Shown here one piece after another: positions 45,075 through 54,354 of a stretch of DNA of 59,014 nucleotides (positions are counted from its first letter, which is position 1; the number at the start of each line of letters is the position of its first letter). The translations under genes and the position numbers were made by a program. A model generated the notes under the pieces. That model was not told where the DNA came from. It searched no databases and saw only the letters and a program-made list of their open reading frames with translations. This DNA comes from Patescibacteria group bacterium (GTDB lineage Bacteria; Patescibacteriota; Microgenomatia; Levybacterales; UBA12049): assembly GCA_041743715.1 (NCBI GenBank), contig JBGTMH010000069.1:1-59014 (forward strand). Direction: 5' to 3'.

Positions 45075-45461
45075 TTACTTTGTAGCGTCGATAAGTAAAA
45101 CATCAGGATATTTGAGTATCTTAGAATCACCAGTGACAAGTGTCATATTTTCACTCTGGCTTTGCGCGATCAATAAACGATCGAAGGGATCTCGATGAAT
45201 TAATGGCAAATCCATAGTGGCGTGTATATGAGAAAGTTCAATATTCAATAAACCAAAATCAGCTTTTCTAACATACACGTCAAGATCACGTTTGAGTGAT
45301 AGTTTACCACGAGCCTTCTTAATTGCTGTTTCCCAGACTGATACATAAGAAACACACATCTCTTTATATGATTGGACAATTAAATCTCTCGTATTGCGAC
45401 CGAGTGCTGGATTTCCGTTAAAAAACCATAGCGCAGCGTGGGTGTCAAGAAGAAATTTCAT
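45075..45461 (-). CDS. vapC: PIN-domain VapC-type toxin
   Basis: LLDTHAALW and DPFDRLLIAQ acidic PIN residues. 4-nt overlap with the antitoxin gene. Confidence 0.85.
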   Translation of the reverse strand: MKFLLDTHAALWFFNGNPALGRNTRDLIVQSYKEMCVSYVSVWETAIKKARGKLSLKRDLDVYVRKADFGLLNIELSHIHATMDLPLIHRDPFDRLLIAQSQSENMTLVTGDSKILKYPDVLLIDATK

Positions 45462-45715
45462 AGTTTTGGTTCTATTGGTCCGTAAAAAAGTTCTTCTATT
45501 TCTTTATCTGTCCATTCAAAATCAGGTCCAATAGCAATTTCGTCTTTGAACATACCAAACAGTGGTTTTTTCTTTTTTTCTATACTCTTTTTTGGCTTTT
45601 TAAGCTCAGCAACCGGCTTGCCGCGATTGGTAATAATCACTTGCTCACCCTCAGCCACTTTGACTAGCAGCTTAGACAGGTTTGTTTTAGCGTAATGAAC
45701 GTTAGCCGTAATCAT
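45458..45715 (-). CDS. Phd/YefM-type antitoxin
   Basis: NLSKLLVKVAEGEQVIITNRGKPVAEL. Confidence 0.8.
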   Translation of the reverse strand: MITANVHYAKTNLSKLLVKVAEGEQVIITNRGKPVAELKKPKKSIEKKKKPLFGMFKDEIAIGPDFEWTDKEIEELFYGPIEPKL

Positions 45716-45721
45716 ACTCTG

Positions 45722-45750
45722 AGTGTAGCTAACTTAGCTAGATTTGTCAA
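45722..45750 (-). promoter_or_regulatory. TA-operon promoter TTGACA-N17-TACACT with an embedded perfect 7-1-7 palindrome (candidate operator)
   Basis: On the minus strand: TTGACA (45750..45745) and TACACT (45727..45722), with the ATG 6 nt downstream. The palindrome TAGCTAA-C-TTAGCTA (45726..45740) fills the spacer. Confidence 0.65.
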
Positions 45751-45838
45751 GACGATAGACCCGCTTACTAATAAAGTTTCACTCTTTATAAAAGTCTTTA
45801 CCATCTCTATCGTAGCATAGCCTACCTTTAATATCTCA

Positions 45839-46411
45839 TCAATATAACTTTTCTCCCTTTGTTAACATCTCAAGTATCACTTTCATCCTCCTCTGTCGTG
45901 TTTCTGGCTTTTTAGCGGTTTGTAATTTCCAGGCAATTGCGTAAGTATTGGTTTTATTAAGCGTCTTAAAAAACGCTTCAGCTTTTTTGTCTTTGGATAA
46001 CTCTTTAAGAAAATCCTCAGGGATCACCATATTTTTTGGCGAGTCATATGCCTGGTCCCATCTCCCATCTTTTTTAGCTGCTTCAACTGTTTCAAGACCG
46101 GCTTGTTGCATTTTCCCCTCTAGTATCAATCTCTCAACTATGTCGCGATTTCTCTTCGACCAAATACTCTTTGGACCACGCGGAGTGAATTTTTGTAGCC
46201 AGTATTTATCATCAAACGGTTTCACTTGTCCATCAATCCACCCATAACAAATCGCTACTTCAAGAGCCTCTTGATAGGTAACGGACGGAATTTTACTCGC
46301 CTTTTTAGCAAGTTTTATCCAAATTCCTTTTGTTATTTGATGCTCTTTTTTTAACCATGCTTCCCAAGCTTTCGGTGAAGAAAATGGTTTTATAATATAA
46401 TCATTTTTCAT
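45839..46411 (-). CDS. YdeI/OmpD-associated family protein
   Basis: WEAWLKKEH...GIWIKLAKK...EALEVAICYGWIDGQ. Confidence 0.75.
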   Translation of the reverse strand: MKNDYIIKPFSSPKAWEAWLKKEHQITKGIWIKLAKKASKIPSVTYQEALEVAICYGWIDGQVKPFDDKYWLQKFTPRGPKSIWSKRNRDIVERLILEGKMQQAGLETVEAAKKDGRWDQAYDSPKNMVIPEDFLKELSKDKKAEAFFKTLNKTNTYAIAWKLQTAKKPETRQRRMKVILEMLTKGEKLY

Positions 46412-46414
46412 TAT

Positions 46415-47128
46415 TTATTTGATTTTTGGTGTAATAGTTGTTTGAACTGTAGTATTGGATGAATTAATCGTAGTATTTGTATTTTCTAAAAATGGTTGTA
46501 TCGTGAGATATATAGGGAGCATCATGAGCATGATGAGAAGGCCAAATAGTAACGCTATGATGAAATATTCAGCAATAAACAAAAAGATAAGTGCTATAAC
46601 ACTTCTCGTTGATTTCTCATTTTTTTTCTCATCTATTACCATAGTTTTTGATAAACTATCATGCAATCCAATAGGATTTTTTGAAGATAAAAACGAGAAT
46701 ATTTCAAAAGGAATTAAACGGCAAACACTTCGTAATAGGATAGTCGTAAATGAAGGTGTCGCACCGGTTTTGGTCACAACTTTTGTTTTTGTTAGAAATT
46801 TCGCTGGAGATTTCTGCCAGATCGCTTCAAAAAATGTATAAAAAATAACGAGACTCACCGCGCCGATAATATAATTTGTGAAGGAATTTGGTTTTTCCGC
46901 GTAGTTATTAATAAAAGTCAATTGAAAATAACCAGACAGAAAGCCCACTACTGTAAGGCTTGTTAAAAGGATATACCAATCTAGTATGTGATTAAGGAAA
47001 CGTTTATTTATGGATGCGGGGATACGTTGTTGAACAGTAGTATTATTTTGGTTGATACTCGAAGAGGCAAGAGGAGCAGCTAAAGGCTCTCCATTACTCT
47101 TAACTTGTGCACTTGCAAGATCGTCCAT
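46415..47128 (-). CDS. RDD-family membrane protein
   Basis: KRFLNHILDWYIL, then 3-4 TM helices. Low-complexity termini. Confidence 0.6.
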   Translation of the reverse strand: MDDLASAQVKSNGEPLAAPLASSSINQNNTTVQQRIPASINKRFLNHILDWYILLTSLTVVGFLSGYFQLTFINNYAEKPNSFTNYIIGAVSLVIFYTFFEAIWQKSPAKFLTKTKVVTKTGATPSFTTILLRSVCRLIPFEIFSFLSSKNPIGLHDSLSKTMVIDEKKNEKSTRSVIALIFLFIAEYFIIALLFGLLIMLMMLPIYLTIQPFLENTNTTINSSNTTVQTTITPKIK

Positions 47129-47239
47129 ATAAATTATCCTTTCGAATGAATGATCTCACGATATAATAAAGAAAGTCAATTCAACTGAGCAATTAATCAC
47201 CTGTTGCATACGCCGTCAAAATATTGTTGAATAATACAT

Positions 47240-48202
47240 ATGACTATTTCAGTTGGGACATTTAACCTCAATAATCTTTTCTCACGTTTTAACTTTGAAG
47301 CGGAAATAAATTCGCTTGCGGAAATAACAGAAGGGGTAACTTTTGAAAGTCACACAAATACCGAAGGTGGATCTCTCTATAAGATCCGCACATATAAAGG
47401 AAGACTGGTCAAAAAGAAAGATCCTGAAGATGCAGCGATTATTGCTGAGCGGATCAAACGTATGAACGTGGATGTCCTGGCAGTCCAAGAAGTGGAAGAC
47501 CGTGATACCTTAAAAGAATTTAATGCCATGCTTTTGGATAATATGTATCCGTTTGTTGGTTTGATCGAAGGAAACGATCCCCGGCTGATTGATGTGGGAG
47601 TGATGTCCAAATTACCGATTGGTGGACTCACCTCTTGGCAATATACGATCCATCCAGAAGATCCGGGAAGACGGATATTTAGTCGCGACGTTCTGGAAGT
47701 TGAGATTCTTAATCATGCACGTACAAAAACACTTTTTACACTTTACAATAATCATTTAAAAAGCCATTATGTTGATTTCAGGACTGATGCCGATATAGGT
47801 AAAAAAGCAAATAATGCGACACGCATACGTCAAGCAGAAGCCTTAGCAAAAATTATCAAACAACGTACTCGTCCAGGAAGCAACTATATCGTGACAGGAG
47901 ACATGAACGATCCAGTAAAATCTGAATTTTTATCTCCTTTAACAGGCGATTCTGAACTATCCCTGGTAAATGCTTTAAAAAATCCGACTGAAACGCAACC
48001 GTTCAAAGAGGAACTCCCGACAAAAGCTTGGACACATCGATTTAAAGAATCTGGTAAACCAGCACACTATGAACTCTTCGATCATATCTGGTTAAGTTCA
48101 AAACTCTCAGAAACGCAGCAACAAGCCTATATCGACCGCCGTACGCTTCTCACAGGCGACGGCAGTGATCATGATCCAGCATGGGTGGTTTTGAAAATAT
48201 AA
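47240..48202 (+). CDS. endonuclease/exonuclease/phosphatase (EEP) family protein
   Basis: VGTFNLNNLF, LAVQEVED, VTGDMND, GSDHDP. Confidence 0.8.
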   Translation: MTISVGTFNLNNLFSRFNFEAEINSLAEITEGVTFESHTNTEGGSLYKIRTYKGRLVKKKDPEDAAIIAERIKRMNVDVLAVQEVEDRDTLKEFNAMLLDNMYPFVGLIEGNDPRLIDVGVMSKLPIGGLTSWQYTIHPEDPGRRIFSRDVLEVEILNHARTKTLFTLYNNHLKSHYVDFRTDADIGKKANNATRIRQAEALAKIIKQRTRPGSNYIVTGDMNDPVKSEFLSPLTGDSELSLVNALKNPTETQPFKEELPTKAWTHRFKESGKPAHYELFDHIWLSSKLSETQQQAYIDRRTLLTGDGSDHDPAWVVLKI

Positions 48203-48223
48203 ACAGTGGGACGATTTTGTATA

Positions 48224-50080
48224 TTACTCGGATAAATCAACGATAGTCATAGATGCTGATTCGGGACTTCCTCCTTCGGCAGGTTCGGAGGATAAAAATG
48301 TTTCTCCATCTTGTCTTTCAGTAACAAGTTTACGCCGATAATTTTTCTCTAGTATAGGACGCATCTCAGATACTATAGCTGAAACTCTATTGGTTACTTG
48401 ATCAATGACCTCAGCGTCTGGATAAAGTATTTGAGCTAATTCCCTATACGATATTGCTGTACCGAAGGATAAATTAATCATTTCCCATACGAAACGTGCT
48501 CGTTTCCCTCCAATGAGTCTTCCATCTGGACAAACTATAAAATCCTCTCTCTCAATAGTAAGTGTATCCTTGCTTCTTTCAAAAGTTATCGGGATATCAG
48601 CAAGACTATAACCTAACCTGGTTGGGGATACTTGATTTTGTTGGATTATTGAAAGATTGTTATATGTTATGTTTTTTATGATCCAGTCAATTGCATCATA
48701 GAATCTTGAGTATGCTAGTTGGTCAGTAGCATGTGCACTACCATAGAGAATTGTACATAATTCATTTATTTTCAAAGGGCCGTCATTTTGAATAAGTGCA
48801 TCTAATATTGTCAAAGCAGCATGACCAGCTCTAGAGTGTGATCTCTTTTTTAAAGATATTATTTGCTCTCCAATTTGGATGATATCTTGTTTCTCATAAT
48901 ATATTATTTCTATTTGAGTCTCATCTGCTTCACGCAGTTCCTCAGCGCTTATTACTCTATTTTGAGATCTTCCTTTAGGATAACGTAATGGTAGTACTTC
49001 CAGCCCTTCTCGCTTTGAAATTTCATCAAACGGAATATCTGATGTCTTAAATACTACATCAACAGCTGCAATTCCATAACGAGCATCAGATGATCTTTTT
49101 TCGATAACACGAATAAGAGGTTTATTTCCTACAACAACAAATTTTTGTAACCATTCTTTTGCAAATCGGCTTTTATCATTAACTGATTTTCTGTCAAGTT
49201 CAGGATGTTTTATTGCAATTTCACCATTTAGCTCAATAGAAGGGACTAACTCACCTTGTCTTTCAATAAGATATTCAAGTATTATAAGAGCATCTTCTGC
49301 AGTTGGATTGACACCTCCTGGCGATCTCAAAGGTATAAGCGTATTATTAATTTGTATATAATCATGGTCCCTATGGATTGTAATTCGCGTAACTGCATCA
49401 ATGCTGTACCGTTCTTTCCGACTATTATTTGCATCAACAATTCTTTGCAATCGATACCTTGGATGTTGGGGCATATATTTTTGAGAAATTTGTTGTAAAG
49501 TACCTCTTGTCACATCAAGAGCTTCCTCACGAAACAGTACATGAGGGTAAACTAGTGGTGCGATTTCTTCTACACTCAGTGAACGCGCACGCGTTGCTCC
49601 ACGCAATAATAGCATCGTACGAGCAGTTGGGCCTTTGTAAGCTTTATCGTCGAGGACAAAGGTATCTCCTCTCTCTGATTCACTTTTTACATCTCTTTCT
49701 TCTCGTAGAGGAGTAACCAATGGTAAACCCCTGTCAGTAGTAGTTCTATAGTGCATGTCAGCTAGAACAAATACTGGATCCCTTCTGAGTTGTTGCACTA
49801 TTTGGCTACGCACTACTATTAATGTTTCTGCATCAAACGTTCCCTCCCCAACCGCTACAGCTAGTCTTCCCAATTCTCTCTCAGTTCTCTGAGCGGATTC
49901 CCTGGCAAGATGAAACATCTCACTCGATGCAGGATGATACCTAGCCACATCAAGGGAAAGTGGACGGGAGTGAGACCATATACGCAGTTTGCTGGCTAAC
50001 TCCTTTGGAAAAACAATTTTTTTATCATAAGGAGATCCGCCCCTATTTATATTTCTACCTGTATCACGCTCATTAACCAT
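48224..50080 (-). CDS. hypothetical protein with four tandem OmpR/PhoB-type winged-helix-like modules, no receiver domain
   Basis: By-eye repeat units begin near GPTARTMLLLRG, NPTAEDALIILEYL, HSRAGHAALTILDAL and GGKRARFVWEMINL. Each has a helix / x-S-x-x-E-L / recognition-helix / aromatic-wing pattern. TGGGATAAT lies 6 nt upstream of the ATG. Confidence 0.6.
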   Translation of the reverse strand: MVNERDTGRNINRGGSPYDKKIVFPKELASKLRIWSHSRPLSLDVARYHPASSEMFHLARESAQRTERELGRLAVAVGEGTFDAETLIVVRSQIVQQLRRDPVFVLADMHYRTTTDRGLPLVTPLREERDVKSESERGDTFVLDDKAYKGPTARTMLLLRGATRARSLSVEEIAPLVYPHVLFREEALDVTRGTLQQISQKYMPQHPRYRLQRIVDANNSRKERYSIDAVTRITIHRDHDYIQINNTLIPLRSPGGVNPTAEDALIILEYLIERQGELVPSIELNGEIAIKHPELDRKSVNDKSRFAKEWLQKFVVVGNKPLIRVIEKRSSDARYGIAAVDVVFKTSDIPFDEISKREGLEVLPLRYPKGRSQNRVISAEELREADETQIEIIYYEKQDIIQIGEQIISLKKRSHSRAGHAALTILDALIQNDGPLKINELCTILYGSAHATDQLAYSRFYDAIDWIIKNITYNNLSIIQQNQVSPTRLGYSLADIPITFERSKDTLTIEREDFIVCPDGRLIGGKRARFVWEMINLSFGTAISYRELAQILYPDAEVIDQVTNRVSAIVSEMRPILEKNYRRKLVTERQDGETFLSSEPAEGGSPESASMTIVDLSE

Positions 50081-50213
50081 GAGGAGATTATCCCATAATA
50101 TTTTATTTGTGTAAATACGACTCTGTAATCCAGAAACAACTGATTTTTTTCAGTATGAATGAGGCTTTAGAAAACAAAATGAGGTGATTTTACAGTTATC
50201 TTTTTTTCATTAC

Positions 50214-50738
50214 TTATGAACTACATGTTTCGCTTCTTTTTTCTATCTCTTGAATCCGCTTCTTTGTTACTGCGGATTTGAGGTATTTCTCATCATCGGT
50301 GTGTTTACCGATAAAGATAATGACAGAATCATAGGGTTTGATTTTTTCGACCAGAATATCATCAACTTTATTACCGTTGATGTACGCAACAACATTCTTT
50401 TCATCAATAGGATATTTGATATTGGTAAAAAGATCCCCCCATGTGGGATTATTTCGATGGCTATGCACAACATCGCCGACATGATCATGCAAATGCGCCT
50501 TCTCAGATTGTTCATCACCATTTGAAGCAACTGGCTTACCATCAACTGCACAAGGCGCTTCATGCATATATTTGTTACCAGTAAAACTCTGCAGCTTACC
50601 ATCTTTATAGACTTGAAAGCCGGCATGAAAGTGGACTGGTTTGGGCTTTAAGAGTGTTTGGGGAAGAACCACAACTGCAACAACACCTATAATTATGAGC
50701 AGTAAAATACCTATAAGAATCTTCTTCATCGATTGCAT
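50214..50738 (-). CDS. membrane-anchored His-rich hypothetical protein
   Basis: N-terminal TM. Histidine clusters VHFHAGF and HLHDHVGDVVHSH suggest metal binding. Confidence 0.6.
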   Translation of the reverse strand: MQSMKKILIGILLLIIIGVVAVVVLPQTLLKPKPVHFHAGFQVYKDGKLQSFTGNKYMHEAPCAVDGKPVASNGDEQSEKAHLHDHVGDVVHSHRNNPTWGDLFTNIKYPIDEKNVVAYINGNKVDDILVEKIKPYDSVIIFIGKHTDDEKYLKSAVTKKRIQEIEKRSETCSS

Positions 50739-50760
50739 TATACCATGGGAAGTCTTCTTT

Positions 50761-51651
50761 TTACTCCTTATTCTCTTGTTTTCTCCTGTAAGTCAGGTCA
50801 TGTGAAATGATTCGTGCAAACTCTGTTACCCCTGTTAATTCTTCTATTCGTTGAGCTATTTTATGAGGCTTACTCCCAAGTCCTTCTGCATCTGCAATCT
50901 CATACACCAGCGCTCGTCGTGCGCTTACTTTTGGGGAAAGCCTACGCCCACTTTTACTTTTCGTTAATTCTTCTTTTTCTCTCATTTCAAATAGAACCTT
51001 TCTAACGCGAGCCGGAGGAATTATCTGCCCGGGTTTACTTAACCGCTCGGCTATATCAACAGGACGGATACCCTCTACCTCATTATGAATTTTAAGTACT
51101 TTTGCCCGAAGTGCAGCTGCCTCTTTCTCTCTTTGACTTTTCACTCTACGTTTTTTTCTTTTTTTCTTAGATGGTTGATACAACGGTTCTCCTCCTTCCC
51201 AATTAATAGTTGGTACTGCGTTCGCGTGTCTAGATACTACTTCTGCTCCTTTGACAGTAGGGTGCGCTTCAATAATAACTTGTTCTTCAGTACTAACTGG
51301 GGAACCGTGGGGTTCCGCAAATCCATCTTCATGTAGTGTAGTTGGAGAATCTCCTAATGTTTGATTTACGGCGTCTTCCAGGAGTATTCGAAGACCATGA
51401 GGTACTTTATCTTGAGGAATTTGTTCTACTAGAACCAATGCACCTCTATATTCTCTTGGACCCCATGTAGTATCTGTTATTACTTTATTTGCAAGTAACC
51501 TTAACAGTAAGTCTACTGTGCCATCACTCATACTCTGCAAGTGTACTTCTGATAATCGAGCTTTCGCTGGATCAATTAATGCTCCCACTCTATTAGTGTT
51601 CAACATTCGTTTGACAAGTAGCCTCGAGCCCTTTCTCTCATTTTCTCCCAT
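50761..51651 (-). CDS. hypothetical protein with a basic KKKRKKRR linker and two C-terminal HTH-like segments
   Basis: ORF with a clear AAGGAGG SD and its own promoter. C-terminal segments IRPVDIAERLSKPGQIIPPARVRKVL and KPHKIAQRIEELTGVTEFARIISHDL. Confidence 0.6.
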   Translation of the reverse strand: MGENERKGSRLLVKRMLNTNRVGALIDPAKARLSEVHLQSMSDGTVDLLLRLLANKVITDTTWGPREYRGALVLVEQIPQDKVPHGLRILLEDAVNQTLGDSPTTLHEDGFAEPHGSPVSTEEQVIIEAHPTVKGAEVVSRHANAVPTINWEGGEPLYQPSKKKRKKRRVKSQREKEAAALRAKVLKIHNEVEGIRPVDIAERLSKPGQIIPPARVRKVLFEMREKEELTKSKSGRRLSPKVSARRALVYEIADAEGLGSKPHKIAQRIEELTGVTEFARIISHDLTYRRKQENKE

Positions 51652-51681
51652 ATAAAGTATCCTCCTTCTTTTGGAGATGTA

Positions 51682-51710
51682 AGTATAAACGAGAACCGAG
51701 TCTGAGTCAA
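51682..51710 (-). promoter_or_regulatory. promoter TTGACT-N17-TATACT for the 296-aa gene
   Basis: On the minus strand: TTGACT (51710..51705) and TATACT (51687..51682). SD AAGGAGG lies at 51667..51661. Confidence 0.6.
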
Positions 51711-51813
51711 ACTATGAGATTTACAAGAACTATATTAAATCCCAAAATCCAATTGGAATAACCTGTTATTAAATGAACAAATATTTCTACTGCGAAGATA
51801 TAACCAATCTGTT

Positions 51814-51954
51814 TTATTTAGGCAGTTGAGGCAACTTTCCTCTTTTTCTCATTAGACTAGCACGACGGGCAACATGAGCTGGTGTGATTTCCTTGTCTGT
51901 GAAATCCGCATTAAGTATTTGCGCAATCTTAAAATTGTAAGGTCGGGGTTTCAT
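51814..51954 (-). CDS. 46-aa basic small protein, stop-start coupled to the upstream gene
   Basis: Not in the ORF track. TAA|ATG junction with the 166-aa gene. MKPRPYNFKIAQILNADFTDKEITPAHVARRASLMRKRGKLPQLPK; the FKIAQ...A..RRK pattern echoes the C-terminus of the 296-aa protein. Confidence 0.45.
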   Translation of the reverse strand: MKPRPYNFKIAQILNADFTDKEITPAHVARRASLMRKRGKLPQLPK

Positions 51955-52455
51955 TTACACAAGAAAAGCTATTATTGCATCCCTCGCTATATCTTCTTCA
52001 GTTTGACGTGGCCCTTTTTTTGGTCTTGGCTTTCTCTCTTCAAAAAGAGTAACTTCTTCAAAATCCGGGTGTACTGACAAAGAAGTATCACTTACTACTC
52101 CCACACGTTGCTCTCCGTGATCGCGTCCAACATTAACCGCACACGTAGAATCCATTTCAGGCGTTAAAGGTTCTGTCATAGCAGAGACAACTTCTAAATC
52201 TGATCTATTTTCCCTTCTTTCGTCAACTTCGACTGCAGCTCTGAGTACTTTCAAGGGATAATCTCCTAGCCCACTATCTTCACTCCCAAAAGCTGGATGA
52301 TCTAATGCTTCAGGCTCCTTAATTTCCTTTTCTGGAGATCTAATTCTACCACGAAAATAATTTACAGCTTCATCCAACACTGCACTTGGAACTCTGTCAC
52401 CAAGAGCTTCGTAGACAGCCATGACTTGTGGATGTCTTTCTGAATCTTCGATCAT
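51955..52455 (-). CDS. acidic hypothetical protein
   Basis: 166-aa ORF. TTGACT-N16-TATAAT (52494..52467) lies 11 nt upstream of the ATG. Confidence 0.55.
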   Translation of the reverse strand: MIEDSERHPQVMAVYEALGDRVPSAVLDEAVNYFRGRIRSPEKEIKEPEALDHPAFGSEDSGLGDYPLKVLRAAVEVDERRENRSDLEVVSAMTEPLTPEMDSTCAVNVGRDHGEQRVGVVSDTSLSVHPDFEEVTLFEERKPRPKKGPRQTEEDIARDAIIAFLV

Positions 52456-52538
52456 ATAAGATTAATATTATACGCTATTTTTTTCACGAGTCAATAGAAA
52501 CGACTCCCCCATCATGCAATAAATATTAGGCCCATAGT

Positions 52539-52567
52539 TTGACAGGTGCTATAAAAACCTCTATACT
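52539..52567 (+). promoter_or_regulatory. promoter TTGACA-N17-TATACT, leaderless
   Basis: TTGACA at 52539..52544 and TATACT at 52562..52567. The ATG at 52574 follows 6 nt later. Confidence 0.7.
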
Positions 52568-52573
52568 ACGGCC

Positions 52574-53245
52574 ATGGTTGATCAAGAAAGAAATAGGACA
52601 AATGGGCCGGAATCAGACCTAGCAACACATACAGAAATACCTGAAGTCAGAGCAATAGTTTCTTTGGATACTGAAGCCGGATGGAATAAACTGAGAACTG
52701 CTCTTGGCCAGTCAAGAGGTGCTGCTGCAATCGCTGTACATCCTTTTGATGCAGATATTTCTGGTTCTACCTATTCGAGCAGACATGACTACGGGTCATA
52801 TGTTAATACGTTATCAACTACGGTCAGACGATATAGAGATTTAGGATTACCTTTGATACTTTTTGAAGAGGAAGGCGCGCTTGCGGAATTACCAAATACT
52901 CTCGACCGGATGGGGGTAAGTAATGGAGAAGTTTTTCTCATAACCACAGGCCACGACTCCCCTGTTCCTACAAAGAATCCCATGAGCACACTGATAAGAC
53001 AGTTTACGGATGTTGGCTTACAAAGAGCATCTGTCGTTGGTAGTTATCTTGATAAATATGACCGGACTGCGTATCCGAATATTTATAAAGCTGACCCGTA
53101 TCCTGAGGCACCGGTAATTTTTCAAAAATATTCTATGCTAGGATGTGTCGGTATTCTTATAACAGAATTATTAACTGCAAACATAAAAGCAACACCAGGA
53201 TCAGCAACTTTTTCAAGAATATTCCCTCGAAGGCCCACTACCTAA
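52574..53245 (+). CDS. hypothetical soluble protein
   Basis: 223-aa ORF with a consensus leaderless promoter. No confidently recognised motif. Confidence 0.6.
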   Translation: MVDQERNRTNGPESDLATHTEIPEVRAIVSLDTEAGWNKLRTALGQSRGAAAIAVHPFDADISGSTYSSRHDYGSYVNTLSTTVRRYRDLGLPLILFEEEGALAELPNTLDRMGVSNGEVFLITTGHDSPVPTKNPMSTLIRQFTDVGLQRASVVGSYLDKYDRTAYPNIYKADPYPEAPVIFQKYSMLGCVGILITELLTANIKATPGSATFSRIFPRRPTT

Positions 53246-53265
53246 ATCTATATCATGACTCCTCG

Positions 53266-53667
53266 CTATTTGTGAGTGTTTTTAATAACCAGTTCTTCAA
53301 ATTTTGTTACCGGATCAGATTCTCTTTGAAATATTGTGTCTTCTATTTCTCCTATCGCTATTTCTGCTGTGATGCCGACAAGAGAACCTGGCCTCAGATG
53401 TCCGCCAAATACCTTTCCATTTTTATCAGAGATAGAAATATGCAAATGACTATTTCCGACTTCCATTGTTCCCACCAAAGAAACAATTTCAAACGTCCCC
53501 TCATATATTTTGGTACTCCGCTCATCCGCCATGCGTATTACTGCTTTTCTGAGATTCCCAACACACGTAAGTAAAATACCCGCACGAATATGTTTGCTTT
53601 TGATAAATGAATCAATTTCTTGACGTAAATCTTGTCCTGGATTAAGTCTAAAAACATGAGTTTTCAT
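53266..53667 (-). CDS. PPC (DUF296) domain protein
   Basis: HVFRLNPGQDL...GILLTCVGNL...FEIVSLVGT...HLHISISDKNGKVFGGHL. Confidence 0.75.
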   Translation of the reverse strand: MKTHVFRLNPGQDLRQEIDSFIKSKHIRAGILLTCVGNLRKAVIRMADERSTKIYEGTFEIVSLVGTMEVGNSHLHISISDKNGKVFGGHLRPGSLVGITAEIAIGEIEDTIFQRESDPVTKFEELVIKNTHK

Positions 53668-53683
53668 AAGTAAATTATACGTT

Positions 53684-54268
53684 CTATTTTTTAGCTAACT
53701 GCCTTCTCCTAACCATAAGACTTATACTAAATACTCCATTTGCTAAAAGCTGAGAGACTGGATAGAACGTTGTTATAATTGAATAATTTTGAAGTGCATA
53801 TATACCCATCGTGAAACGGGAAATATTTATCAGATACGATGATAACGTTTCAGAATGTGGATTGTTCCATGATTTTCTGATAGTAGGAATAAATGCTAAC
53901 AATTCTGCTACTGATAACAGAATAACCGAAATGACAGGCTGTTTTGCAAAAAGCCAAATCACTAATGCAATTAAAGAAAGTATAAAGAAAATAGTATCAG
54001 ATCGAGTAATATCTTGCTTACCTGCCCGCAAACTCAATACAAAAATAAAACCAGCAATAAGAACTGCAGCTATAGTAATAAGTGCACCAATGCCAGCTCC
54101 ATCACTTACTTGTAATGCAAATACAATTCCAGTTGATGCTGACCATAAAAACCAACTATACGCATGAGGCTTCGTTTTACCTTTAATGGTATCCCGTATA
54201 TAAGGCACATAACCTATAAAAGTAAGGAAGACTGCAAGAATTCCAATGGTATATTTTAATTCTTCCAT
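53684..54268 (-). CDS. hypothetical 6-TM membrane protein
   Basis: Six hydrophobic helices. No recognised motif. Confidence 0.6.
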   Translation of the reverse strand: MEELKYTIGILAVFLTFIGYVPYIRDTIKGKTKPHAYSWFLWSASTGIVFALQVSDGAGIGALITIAAVLIAGFIFVLSLRAGKQDITRSDTIFFILSLIALVIWLFAKQPVISVILLSVAELLAFIPTIRKSWNNPHSETLSSYLINISRFTMGIYALQNYSIITTFYPVSQLLANGVFSISLMVRRRQLAKK

Positions 54269-54315
54269 AGTTAAATCAAAGAAAAGACCTATGTAGTATA
54301 GCAGAGGTTAAGTCT

Positions 54316-54351
54316 CCAACCCCAGGGGTTGGATGGCTTCCAACCTCGGGA
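54316..54351. repeat. intergenic repeat family copy B: CCAACCCCAGGGGTTGG palindrome + GCTTCCAACCTCGGGA box
   Basis: A perfect 8-1-8 palindrome followed by the shared box. GGTTGG could alternatively pair with the downstream CCAACC. Confidence 0.75.
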
Positions 54352-54354
54352 TAT

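Noticed and set aside
47240-53245. Prophage or integrative element spanning the EEP nuclease and the block of unknown genes
   Set aside because: There is no integrase, recombinase, capsid, terminase or att-like direct repeat at the borders. The genes are individually promoted and mixed in orientation, so only an unexplained lineage-specific block can be claimed.
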